From positions 1 through 64,000 of IMG/VR virus record IMGVR_UViG_3300020375_000001: 64,000 nt of DNA. One strand, 5' to 3'. The translations under genes were made by a program, and so were the position numbers. Position 1 is the stretch's first letter; each line of letters opens with the position of its first letter. Below are positions 1 through 8,742 of this stretch, piece after piece. The notes under the pieces are model-generated. The model worked only from the letters and a program-made list of their open reading frames with translations. It did not search any database and was not told where the DNA came from. This stretch comes from a virus. Lineage: Duplodnaviria > Caudoviricetes.

Positions 1-48
1 AAAGTTACCAGTCTGTAACTAACGCAGCTTAGAGAGGACGTGAGTGTG

Positions 49-669
49 TTAGTGTGCAGGTACTACTTCTTCCTTGGCTTTTGTTTCAATACCCAATAGT
101 TCAATTAAGAAATAGTGATATACCCAACGCGAACCGGCCATGAAGATTATGGTCAAGGCAGCATTAACTAAAGTACTAATACCTGCCCATGTCATCCATA
201 CCCCTAACGCTGTTACCAGTACTAAAGATATAGAAGAAACACGTTCGGACAGTACCGCATAGTCACCATCCCCCTTGATTACCTGAGAATAGTTTTTAGC
301 CCTTAAGGGTCGCACCAGAGTATTGGTTGCACCCAAAAAGAACATAGAGGCTACTAGTATAAACTCAGGATAGATATCCCGAGATGCAACCATGTATCCT
401 GTTACACAAGTAATCTCAATGGCCACTATATAGGGGTAGCACTTCATGGGATTGCGAGTAATGTATTTACTAATACCTGGAATGAACAACAGTAATCCAA
501 ACAAGGTAGCGGAGTAATCACGCAAGATAATCCCCAACGTATCAAAGTGTTTGATTATTAGGGTTGCCGTTACCGCAATTAGAAATACGTTACACGCTGC
601 AACAAGTAATTGGTACGTTAAGTACAGCTTACGTAACTTACTCAGGCTTTTCAGTTGCTTCAACATCAC
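49..669 (-). CDS. Multi-pass membrane protein (~6 TM), possibly a half-size MFS-like protein
   Basis: About six hydrophobic segments; FFLGATNTLVRP...VSSISLVLVTALG resembles the MFS TM4-TM5 pattern. Confidence 0.55.
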   Translation of the reverse strand: MMLKQLKSLSKLRKLYLTYQLLVAACNVFLIAVTATLIIKHFDTLGIILRDYSATLFGLLLFIPGISKYITRNPMKCYPYIVAIEITCVTGYMVASRDIYPEFILVASMFFLGATNTLVRPLRAKNYSQVIKGDGDYAVLSERVSSISLVLVTALGVWMTWAGISTLVNAALTIIFMAGSRWVYHYFLIELLGIETKAKEEVVPAH

Positions 670-1300
670 CCGTCTCCGTTAATTCTTCCGCCGGAGCATC
701 TGGTACCACGCGACCGTAAAAAGCCAACATAGCGTTAACGCCTTTCACTGTTTCTTCATTACCGTTCTTACGGATGTGCTGAACTTGAGCATCGGTAAAC
801 TGACGACCAAAAGCTTCCAGTTTCCACGGCAGGTATTTCCACTGCTCGTTCTTTTTATCATCGGTGAACGTTTCAGCAATCAGGTCGTTAGGGTAGATAG
901 TGCCCTTCCATACGACGCCCTTTTCAACAAAGTTCAAATCACCGCGACGCCATTGTTCGAAGATAATAGCTTCGTGTACCAGTGTCACTTCAGCCAGTGG
1001 GATATCGGAGTTGATGATAATCCAAGGCTTACCGTTTACCGTAGTAAAGAAAGTGGATACATCGTAGTCAATGATGGGGCGAAGTTCACGGCCTGCGATG
1101 GACTGATGGAAACGGGCAGACACTTGAACAATGTTTACCCCTTCAAGCATTTTCTTAGTACGGCTTGACAAGGTGTGCTTCACCTTACGAATGAATTCCG
1201 CATTGTTACACGCTTTAGCCATGGCACGGCGTTGCTCTTTAGAATAGACAGTCAGTGCACTGCGGCTATTTGGGTCTTCAAAGAAATTTTCAAATTTCAT
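638..1300 (-). CDS. Hypothetical protein with degenerate zincin-like motif (HEAII)
   Basis: 220-aa ORF; TLVHEAIIFEQ; early-type promoter upstream. Confidence 0.6.
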   Translation of the reverse strand: MKFENFFEDPNSRSALTVYSKEQRRAMAKACNNAEFIRKVKHTLSSRTKKMLEGVNIVQVSARFHQSIAGRELRPIIDYDVSTFFTTVNGKPWIIINSDIPLAEVTLVHEAIIFEQWRRGDLNFVEKGVVWKGTIYPNDLIAETFTDDKKNEQWKYLPWKLEAFGRQFTDAQVQHIRKNGNEETVKGVNAMLAFYGRVVPDAPAEELTETGDVEATEKPE

Positions 1301-1363
1301 TATTGTTGTATCCTCTCTGGAAAAAATATATGTAGCGCGACATATAGTAAGGCGGGTAAGTAA

Positions 1364-1885
1364 TTATAACCTACCCTTGGATTCATGCGTTGCAATTAAC
1401 TCTGCAAAACTAATTGGTTTAAGGTCATGGTGGTCAATGGCAACATTAATAAAGCGGGGGTCATCGATGGGGACATCTGATTCACTGTGTAGGTGACCGT
1501 GTATGTTATACTTTCGTCCACGTAAATGGTCAGGGTGGATAGGCATATGGCTCCACCAACAGTTACGTCTGGAAAGATACGGAATGACTTCACAATAGTG
1601 CTCTACCAAATGATGCATTTTGATTTTCTTTTCGCAGCAATGGTTTCCTGGCACAACTGTTATCTTAGCGCAGTGGTGGTCACCCACCAACTTCTTCATT
1701 CGTCCTAGCCAATACAAGCTTTGACAAATGTCCCCTACCAGAATGACCGAGTCTTTTTTGTGGAGCATGGAGGCAAAGTTATCAAACACCACCTCATCAT
1801 GTTCCTCCACTGAAGCAAAGCCTCTAAACTTGTAGTTGTTGTGTGCCCCTAAATGGAAGTCACTTCCCGTAATCAAACGCGCCAT
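1364..1885 (-). CDS. Calcineurin-like metallophosphoesterase
   Basis: SDFHLG, VGDI, PGNH, SHMP and IHGHLH motifs. Confidence 0.9.
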   Translation of the reverse strand: MARLITGSDFHLGAHNNYKFRGFASVEEHDEVVFDNFASMLHKKDSVILVGDICQSLYWLGRMKKLVGDHHCAKITVVPGNHCCEKKIKMHHLVEHYCEVIPYLSRRNCWWSHMPIHPDHLRGRKYNIHGHLHSESDVPIDDPRFINVAIDHHDLKPISFAELIATHESKGRL

Positions 1886-1887
1886 AG

Positions 1888-2280
1888 TTACACCATCACA
1901 ACGTTGCCCATCTCAGCCAGCATTTTGGTCTCAGATACAATTGTATCTACCACACCAGTACACTCGACGTTATCCAGACAATCTTTACCCATGTACGCAA
2001 AGAACTGTTCAGTCAGGTCTCTTGCAATACCTTGTCCACGCATACGGGTTGCCGTATACAGATTAAATTGTGGTTTACCGTTTGGGGTATCCACAAGGAT
2101 GGCAATGCCTTTATTAGGCTCCATCACAAAACTCACTACGCTAGGGTTGGTAGGGTTAACTAACGCTTCACGGTACTGGTTTAGCAAACTGTTATCTGAG
2201 ACATTACCGGCGTCAAACATTCCATTACGAATCAGAAAATCGGCTAATAATCTTAAGGGTTCTTTTTTTACAATAATCAT
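1888..2280 (-). CDS. GNAT-family acetyltransferase (start re-called at 2280)
   Basis: Motif A RMRGQGIARDL; the track start at 2361 lies inside a terminator hairpin. Confidence 0.7.
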   Translation of the reverse strand: MIIVKKEPLRLLADFLIRNGMFDAGNVSDNSLLNQYREALVNPTNPSVVSFVMEPNKGIAILVDTPNGKPQFNLYTATRMRGQGIARDLTEQFFAYMGKDCLDNVECTGVVDTIVSETKMLAEMGNVVMV

Positions 2281-2342
2281 TTTTAATTCTCTATTAAAGG
2301 GTTCTATACTTAAAGTCCATAGTGTAAAAATAGTACAGACGG

Positions 2343-2374
2343 CAAAAATGGCTACTCCCACAAGGAGAGTAGCC
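2343..2374 (-). terminator. Intrinsic terminator
   Basis: GGCTACTCTC-cttgt-GGGAGTAGCC followed by ATTTTTG. Confidence 0.75.
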
Positions 2375-2499
2375 TAAAAGGAAACAAATGAAGTCTTTTA
2401 ACTCAATAAAAGGAAGTCAAGAACATGCAAACATCAAGCACACGAACTTCTGGACCCGACTCCGTCCGTAAGTGTTACAGGGTGTTACAGTTGATTAAC
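2343..2499 (-). ncRNA. Candidate sRNA with two anti-RBS motifs
   Basis: TATG at 2499-2502, no long ORF, two UUCCUUUUA motifs, 10-bp hairpin (2350-2374) plus U tract. Confidence 0.5.
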
Positions 2500-2566
2500 A
2501 TATAATAGGTAAAAACTGAAAAAGTTTTTTCTCTAAGGTTACGTGCTCTTTACCGTGGTCGCAGCA

Positions 2567-3148
2567 TCACGCCAGATGAGCATCTGTCTCTTCAACTAGA
2601 TACCTATTTCTTTCTTGGACTTCTTTGATTCTATCAGGGCAGGAATAGTGTTTAATAAGTATTTGTAAATTCTGATTCCCGTCTACGTCATCAAAGTAAG
2701 TCACACCTTCTATATCATCGTCAGCGTAGACTCCTTTTGAATTGAATTGCAAAGTTTGCATTTCTGAATAAAAGAATACCGACCCTAGGAACCTAGGGGG
2801 TATTATATTCAAGGTCATGCGGAAACAACTTTCCACTGAAGCCACCATCTTGTCAATATTATTGGGCTTAACGTTGGTCCTTGCGAGAACTGTCCGTAAT
2901 CTTCTCACTACCCTCTCTGGAACGAGTTGGTCTTCAACTATGGGGGTGAGTCGGGAGATTATAGACCTGCAGAGTACGCGCATTAGGAAGTGGTTGATTC
3001 TTTCATCTTCCCAACACAAGCGCCCACGCACATTCATTATAACTGACTGACCACGGTCGAACATTAGTTCTGATAACGGATTGTCTTCGCAACTTGCCCA
3101 GTCATCTTCGCGAGGATTAATTCCTCGTCTGTTACCGGTATAGGCCAT
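2567..3148 (-). CDS. Hypothetical protein
   Basis: 193-aa ORF with GAGG SD. Confidence 0.75.
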   Translation of the reverse strand: MAYTGNRRGINPREDDWASCEDNPLSELMFDRGQSVIMNVRGRLCWEDERINHFLMRVLCRSIISRLTPIVEDQLVPERVVRRLRTVLARTNVKPNNIDKMVASVESCFRMTLNIIPPRFLGSVFFYSEMQTLQFNSKGVYADDDIEGVTYFDDVDGNQNLQILIKHYSCPDRIKEVQERNRYLVEETDAHLA

Positions 3149-3232
3149 CTAGTTACCTCTGCTATTCTCTGGGTTAAAGTGGCTACGTTGTGTAGCTCTA
3201 TATCTAAAGAGACTTGAGTATTTTTTATCATG

Positions 3233-3262
3233 AGGCATAAAAGGGGTTCGAAAGAACCCCTT
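3233..3262 (-). terminator. Hairpin + TTATGCC element
   Basis: AAGGGGTTC-4nt-GAACCCCTT then TTATGCCT after the holin-like gene. Confidence 0.6.
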
Positions 3263-3279
3263 GACTTTCTTGCAGGTTT

Positions 3280-3939
3280 TTAAAGTTTAAACAACTTTTT
3301 GGTAACCACATCCCCAACAGCACCGCCAAAGGTTTTCTTTGGCTCGGTAGCAACACCGAGTTGTGCATTGGCGCGGACGCGCTTATCTTCAGTACGGTCA
3401 CCAAAGTAAGACCGGATAACCCAAATAGGGAAACCCAAGATAATACTCCATGACGTATAGTCAGGCAACAAAGCCTTTAGAGCAGTTAGCTCTGCGGCGG
3501 CCAGTGCCATATTCTTATCTGCTTCAAACATTGACATCGCTTTGTAGGCAATATATGCATTTGACCCAATTGCCACCAACAAACCAAGAAACACTAACAC
3601 CACCATAGCGGCCACAGTTCTAGGACGTGTCTTACTACCATGTTTTTCAGCTTCGATGTGCGCCAATTGAATCTTGACGGTGTTGTCATCAATATGTCTA
3701 CGGAAGTTTAACGCCGCAATCTCTTTCGCCACCTCACTCTCGATAATGCGAGCCTGCGTGTCTGGCGGGAGACCTTGGACTGCTTTTGCAACTTCTTCAC
3801 CAGTTGCTTTCTGCGGGTCGAGTCGTTGGTCTGGTTCAACAAACTCATTTACTTTCTCAACTAATTTATTTCCGAGGGATGGGATGACAGCACTTAGTAC
3901 TGCTTTTCCCACGGTCCCCAAGACGGCTAAAAGACTCAT
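3280..3939 (-). CDS. Holin-like membrane protein (3TM/GTA holin-like); start re-called at 3939
   Basis: GAGG SD before MSLLAVLG; amphipathic N-terminus, two C-terminal TM helices, basic tail. Confidence 0.5.
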   Translation of the reverse strand: MSLLAVLGTVGKAVLSAVIPSLGNKLVEKVNEFVEPDQRLDPQKATGEEVAKAVQGLPPDTQARIIESEVAKEIAALNFRRHIDDNTVKIQLAHIEAEKHGSKTRPRTVAAMVVLVFLGLLVAIGSNAYIAYKAMSMFEADKNMALAAAELTALKALLPDYTSWSIILGFPIWVIRSYFGDRTEDKRVRANAQLGVATEPKKTFGGAVGDVVTKKLFKL

Positions 3940-4777
3940 TCCAATATCCTCTGCGTATTGCATCTGAAAAAGCAATCTTCACTGCTTGATGCTCATGTAA
4001 CAATTCATCGCCTAAATTGTTATAGCCAAGAGAAACTGACCATAGACCTTTCCCACTCTTAGTGAACATGTAACCGTAATTCACTAATGCCTCGTAGACG
4101 ATATCAAGGTGAACGGTTGTAAAGCCATTAGAGCCAAAGTAAGTTACTTCGCCGTTCACTATAACAATAGCCAGCGGAGACATGCTGATGGTGGCCTCTG
4201 TAAGCGCTCTCTGCACGTCCTGATAGACTTCATCTTGAGAACCATGCGATGATACCTTTATACAGAAAGGATTCTTCTTAGCGACGTCTAGGAAGCGCTC
4301 GCGTACTTCTGACTGGTAGCCCTTACCCTTCTTTTCGATATTGTCACGTTCACGGTCACCGATGCGCATATCGGCAGTATCTACATCTAGGTCCACCAGG
4401 ATAATAATGTCTGGCAGGTAAATTCCTTGGTGTAAGAAATCAAACAGTTGACGTTGTTCGACACTGTCGACTTGATAAGCTTCACTGCACATCAGACAAC
4501 GGTCTGACACAATGTGTTTATCTTCCATCAGGGCAGGACCAATTAATTTTTCCTGCATGGAGTCTCGTGCTGCCGCTATTAATAATAACTGCTGCTTGAG
4601 TGTGAACTGGGTGTCGGATTCAAGGATACAGTGACGGATAGCATCCGCCTCAGGGGTACCGGAATACTCATGTACGAACACAATTTCTTTTGGTTGATTG
4701 TGCTCTAACCAATCTACGACGGCACGAGAGGCTGTGGACTTGCCACAGCCATCAATGCCTGATAAGGCGATATACAT
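3866..4777 (-). CDS. tmk: Thymidylate kinase with ~105-aa C-terminal extension
   Basis: P-loop GIDGCGKST, SDR motif, PDIIILVDLD. Confidence 0.9.
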   Translation of the reverse strand: MYIALSGIDGCGKSTASRAVVDWLEHNQPKEIVFVHEYSGTPEADAIRHCILESDTQFTLKQQLLLIAAARDSMQEKLIGPALMEDKHIVSDRCLMCSEAYQVDSVEQRQLFDFLHQGIYLPDIIILVDLDVDTADMRIGDRERDNIEKKGKGYQSEVRERFLDVAKKNPFCIKVSSHGSQDEVYQDVQRALTEATISMSPLAIVIVNGEVTYFGSNGFTTVHLDIVYEALVNYGYMFTKSGKGLWSVSLGYNNLGDELLHEHQAVKIAFSDAIRRGYWNESFSRLGDRGKSSTKCCHPIPRK

Positions 4778-4803
4778 TATATTTCCTTTTTTAGGAATTG
4801 TAA

Positions 4804-5175
4804 TTATGGGTGATGGTTTTTCAGTAGATTGGGTAAGCCTGTAAAAATTTCTCCAGCCTCATCTTTAATCCACCGCCATTCACAGTCACCTGTAACTACA
4901 ATGTATCCGCCATGACGTAGGGAATACCCCCCACGAATGCAGAATGTACCATAGGGCAAACTACGGTCGGTGAAAGCATCGGTATAATCGATAGCCTTCC
5001 AATAGCACAATACATCCCCAACGTGATGCTGATTATATTCCAAGTAGCGTTCGATGCTACTGTAAAATGTTGCAACATCAGGTTGCGTAGGATGTACTGG
5101 TGGAGTTTCACCCCCACCAATAGGTAATCCCGTTTGTATATCGGCCGGAGCCAAATGCACCTTACTCATGCCCAC
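4804..5175 (-). CDS. Hypothetical protein
   Basis: 123-aa ORF in operon with RuvC and Tmk. Confidence 0.7.
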   Translation of the reverse strand: MGMSKVHLAPADIQTGLPIGGGETPPVHPTQPDVATFYSSIERYLEYNQHHVGDVLCYWKAIDYTDAFTDRSLPYGTFCIRGGYSLRHGGYIVVTGDCEWRWIKDEAGEIFTGLPNLLKNHHP

Positions 5176-5186
5176 TGGTGTCCTTA

Positions 5187-5756
5187 TTATAGATTTTTAT
5201 CAAAGAGTCTACGTATCTTCCAATACCCTACAGCTACAGCATCCGAAGCGTGCTCTGATAAATAGCTTAGCAGGATGTTTGTATCAGTATCGTAAACTAC
5301 GTCTGGCAGCTTAGTAATCGCTTCCATTACTTCTTCTTTATCTTTGGACTTACCGTTAACCCCTACCGCCTTCTTGGCACTGGGTGGGTCAACGTGGTCG
5401 AAGTCAACTAAAACGTTGTACGCAATAGCTGCTCTTCGAATACCACTGACCGCCTCAACTAGCGCTGCATAACTTTGTGGAAAGCGTCCTAAGAAAGGAG
5501 CCTCGTGCACAATGGCATGTGGCTCCCAACGTAGGAAGAAATCCGTTAGGTAAGTTTCGTGGTAACACAGCTTAGCCTGCCGGAGTCCAAATTGAGAGAT
5601 AACTTCCGGATACTTTTGCGAGCCAGCCACTGCATCGATTGTTTCAGCGTAGCGAATGTGGATTTGCTTGGTAATTAGATTTACATCCAATACTGCAATA
5701 CCCAACTTATCTAACGCAGGGTCAATCGCGACCACTCGAAAGAAGTTATCTTCCAT
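5187..5756 (-). CDS. ruvC: RuvC-like Holliday junction resolvase
   Basis: VVAIDPALDKLG, VHE, KKAVGVNGKSKDKEEV and HASDAVAVG motifs. Confidence 0.88.
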   Translation of the reverse strand: MEDNFFRVVAIDPALDKLGIAVLDVNLITKQIHIRYAETIDAVAGSQKYPEVISQFGLRQAKLCYHETYLTDFFLRWEPHAIVHEAPFLGRFPQSYAALVEAVSGIRRAAIAYNVLVDFDHVDPPSAKKAVGVNGKSKDKEEVMEAITKLPDVVYDTDTNILLSYLSEHASDAVAVGYWKIRRLFDKNL

Positions 5757-5757
5757 A

Positions 5758-6636
5758 TTACCGCCTTAATTGACCTAGGTTAACTGCATTACCGGATGTG
5801 TTGTCCACAGCCAGAGGTTCAGATGCACCCAGGTCAATTTTCAAGTTAAAGCCATTGTTAGCAAAGGCCATTGGATACATACACTGCACGAACGTTGCAA
5901 TCTGTACACCACGAGCTTCCAACATCTGGTAAGGATTACCTACCGCAGGCTGTACATCAATTGCATGGTCTTGCCCAGAGCAGATACCAATCTCAGACAC
6001 CACTGCGTACGCTTCGTCATTATGGCGAATGCGACAGACCTGTTTGAGGTTCTCAGCATCTTGTGCCGTGAAGTTAATCTCAAACGTAGTGCTGACAGAG
6101 AGTTTCTCACCGCTTGCCGCTGTAACGCCTTCTGCAGGAATATCCACAGGTGTAGGGTTAAGGTCAGACTGAGCCGGTTGGAAAGCCATGGTATCGGTAT
6201 TACCGTCCACCGTTACGTGATGTTCGTAACGGATAGGTTGACTACCAGTTGACACACGCTTCAGGTAATAACAGTAGTACTCGACCCCAGCAAAGGTTTC
6301 CACTGTACGCAGTGCGTATGCGTTACGCTCTACGTTAGTCAGGTCATTGTCCAACTCACGCATAACGAAAGGCAGGTGCTTAAACAACGCTGCGTCACGT
6401 GCGCGGTGTGGACGCGCCTTAGTCAAAGCCTGGCCATCGGCCCCACTGTAGTTCTGGTGACCACCACGCCCAATGGTGTAATAACCAAGGGTAGGGTTAG
6501 AGTCCGGGTTATCAGTTGCCAACACATTGAACTTTTCGTTCAGTGTGGAGAACTGTTGAATTACATGGTCAGCATTGTTGAGCAATGCCGTCTGTAAGCC
6601 GTTACCGTAAATGGTACGTTTAGTTGCTAAGCTCAT
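5758..6636 (-). CDS. Virion structural protein (phiKZ gp127-like position)
   Basis: Synteny next to the portal-divergent gene; 292 aa. Confidence 0.6.
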   Translation of the reverse strand: MSLATKRTIYGNGLQTALLNNADHVIQQFSTLNEKFNVLATDNPDSNPTLGYYTIGRGGHQNYSGADGQALTKARPHRARDAALFKHLPFVMRELDNDLTNVERNAYALRTVETFAGVEYYCYYLKRVSTGSQPIRYEHHVTVDGNTDTMAFQPAQSDLNPTPVDIPAEGVTAASGEKLSVSTTFEINFTAQDAENLKQVCRIRHNDEAYAVVSEIGICSGQDHAIDVQPAVGNPYQMLEARGVQIATFVQCMYPMAFANNGFNLKIDLGASEPLAVDNTSGNAVNLGQLRR

Positions 6637-8711
6637 TATAGCTCCTCTAAATTACTGATACGAATTGGAGCACTGCCCCCACTCGTTATTTGATTACTTT
6701 GTTCTGCTACGGTGTAGTCCAAACCAGTATCCATTGAAACACGTGATTGAATCTGGTCATTATAGGCAATGTCAATCATACGTAGCGGGTCATCGGCGTG
6801 AAGGTGATGACGGATAATTCCTACTGGTTCAATCCTATCTAAAGTAGGGTCCATAGTAATTTTTGAATAGGACTTACTGCGGATATTTCCACCTCTGATA
6901 GTCGGCCAGTCAGTGCGACGTAACTCAACTTCGTTAGTAGTTTGGATGAACTGTAGGTCATAGCTACATAAACGCTTCATGGCTGCAAGCATTGCTGTTT
7001 GCAAATCACGTAACGATTGTCCTGCATTGACATCTTGTCCGGTAGCGGCCGCTAAGATTTCATTTGCCATGATTTCAGCATCACCAGCCGATAACGTATC
7101 TAGGGCTAAGCCGTTCTCTATCATCCATTCAGAGATGTCAGGAACGTTAAAAGTAGCACGGTAGTCGCGGAAGCAATAATCAATTGCCTTGCCATACTCA
7201 CCATATACGTTAAAGTCTTCTATCATCCCAAGTAAATCACGATGGTAGATGACGGCACCCATGATGTTTTCACATGCATTGTAGAAATCTTCAGTGTTGG
7301 TATACAACTCCAGATTAGGCATGACCGATTTAATCGCCGCTACCTCACCCTCATCTACTAGGCTCGCGTCAAGCATACGCATGATGTCTGTCCATATATA
7401 GGCTTCAGTACGAACCGTGCGTTCACAATGGATATCGGGCATAGAAGTTAACGTTACCCCATGGGCTTTGTTGTAGCAGTAAAAATACGCAACAACTGCA
7501 TCCTTTGAACTCAACCGCATGGTGTTGTTCGTATACGGATTGGAGACGTTAATATAAGTAGCGTACCGCCCACTGGCTGCCCACTCAATCCAATGATTGA
7601 GTAGTGTATCACCAAGGGTCACCGGTAACGACCCTGACAGGTCTACCGCTTCTGATTCTAAAACCTTAGTGGGTAATGAATCTGTTGCTGAATCCTCGAT
7701 GCCCGTTGTAATTTTGTCCTTGTCTTTAAAGCGGTGACCTGGGTTCCATAGCCCAAGCGGCTCTTCCAAAGCCAAGACATCTTCAACGGTGCGTTCTATT
7801 TCTTCAGCAAATTTGTTATTCAGCGGTGTACGACGAATCCGAGGTTTAGGTTTGTTATTGCCGGACATAATTTCGCCAACGACGTGTTCGATGCGATGTC
7901 CATAAATACTAAGCCCTCGCTCAGTCAGGAAGTTCTGAATCAATTCTGCGAACACTTCACCTTTACCAACGTTCGCTTCTAAATAGCGAATATTGCGATA
8001 CAGCCAATGGGCTTGTTTGTGGGTGAGGTATTCACGGAAGTCATCCATAGCGGAATGGCTAGCAAGATAACTCCAAATATGGTAGCTGTGTACCATTTCA
8101 GTATGACAGTTCGCCAGTCTTATGTTTAAGACACGTGCGGGCATATTTAAATAAAGTATGCCTAAAAAGCTTGCCGTATAGAAATCGTCGGTCAAACTGT
8201 AGCCGTCGACGAAGTATCGAAAAGCAAACCCTTTAACCCACTCCTGAAGTTCAGAAATGAGATTTGTTTCTTGGCTTTCAAGAAGACTGCTATCCCATGT
8301 AAGGATGGTGTGGTCGTCAGCATCAACTGCCTTGTCAATGTCGACAGGGTTAATAATGCCACGAATCAACTCTTCCTGTTCTGGGTAACGAGCAACCAAC
8401 TCTTCGTAATAAGTACTCTGCAAGGTGTACTCTTTACGAGTGGTCTTATGTAGCTCCAAGGTTGATTTATTAAATTCAATTACTTCAAGAGTGTCTAGCG
8501 ATGTGACGAACATAGTATCGTCGGTGGCATGATATTCACCCGCTAAATTCAAAAAGTACTTCCATTTATGAGTCTCGGTCTCAGGGTTGTATCCCATCGA
8601 AGACAGATGTGCATTAATGGCCTCTGCAGTCTTCTGTGATTTAATAACCATAGACTTGCAGAGCTTTACAGTATCCTCTCTAAAAATAGAGAAATAGTTA
8701 TTATTACTCAC
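6636..8711 (-). CDS. Virion structural/baseplate protein (phiKZ gp128-like); GTG start at 8711
   Basis: Divergent from portal; GGAGG SD before GTG. Confidence 0.6.
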   Translation of the reverse strand: MSNNNYFSIFREDTVKLCKSMVIKSQKTAEAINAHLSSMGYNPETETHKWKYFLNLAGEYHATDDTMFVTSLDTLEVIEFNKSTLELHKTTRKEYTLQSTYYEELVARYPEQEELIRGIINPVDIDKAVDADDHTILTWDSSLLESQETNLISELQEWVKGFAFRYFVDGYSLTDDFYTASFLGILYLNMPARVLNIRLANCHTEMVHSYHIWSYLASHSAMDDFREYLTHKQAHWLYRNIRYLEANVGKGEVFAELIQNFLTERGLSIYGHRIEHVVGEIMSGNNKPKPRIRRTPLNNKFAEEIERTVEDVLALEEPLGLWNPGHRFKDKDKITTGIEDSATDSLPTKVLESEAVDLSGSLPVTLGDTLLNHWIEWAASGRYATYINVSNPYTNNTMRLSSKDAVVAYFYCYNKAHGVTLTSMPDIHCERTVRTEAYIWTDIMRMLDASLVDEGEVAAIKSVMPNLELYTNTEDFYNACENIMGAVIYHRDLLGMIEDFNVYGEYGKAIDYCFRDYRATFNVPDISEWMIENGLALDTLSAGDAEIMANEILAAATGQDVNAGQSLRDLQTAMLAAMKRLCSYDLQFIQTTNEVELRRTDWPTIRGGNIRSKSYSKITMDPTLDRIEPVGIIRHHLHADDPLRMIDIAYNDQIQSRVSMDTGLDYTVAEQSNQITSGGSAPIRISNLEEL

Positions 8712-8742
8712 AGGTCCTCCGTTTAATAAGAAGGAGTATAGG

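Noticed and set aside
1853-2377. 174-aa plus ORF opposite the GNAT gene
   Set aside because: Antisense shadow without a convincing RBS
2472-2491. GTGTTACAG tandem duplication
   Set aside because: Only two units; treated as part of the candidate sRNA
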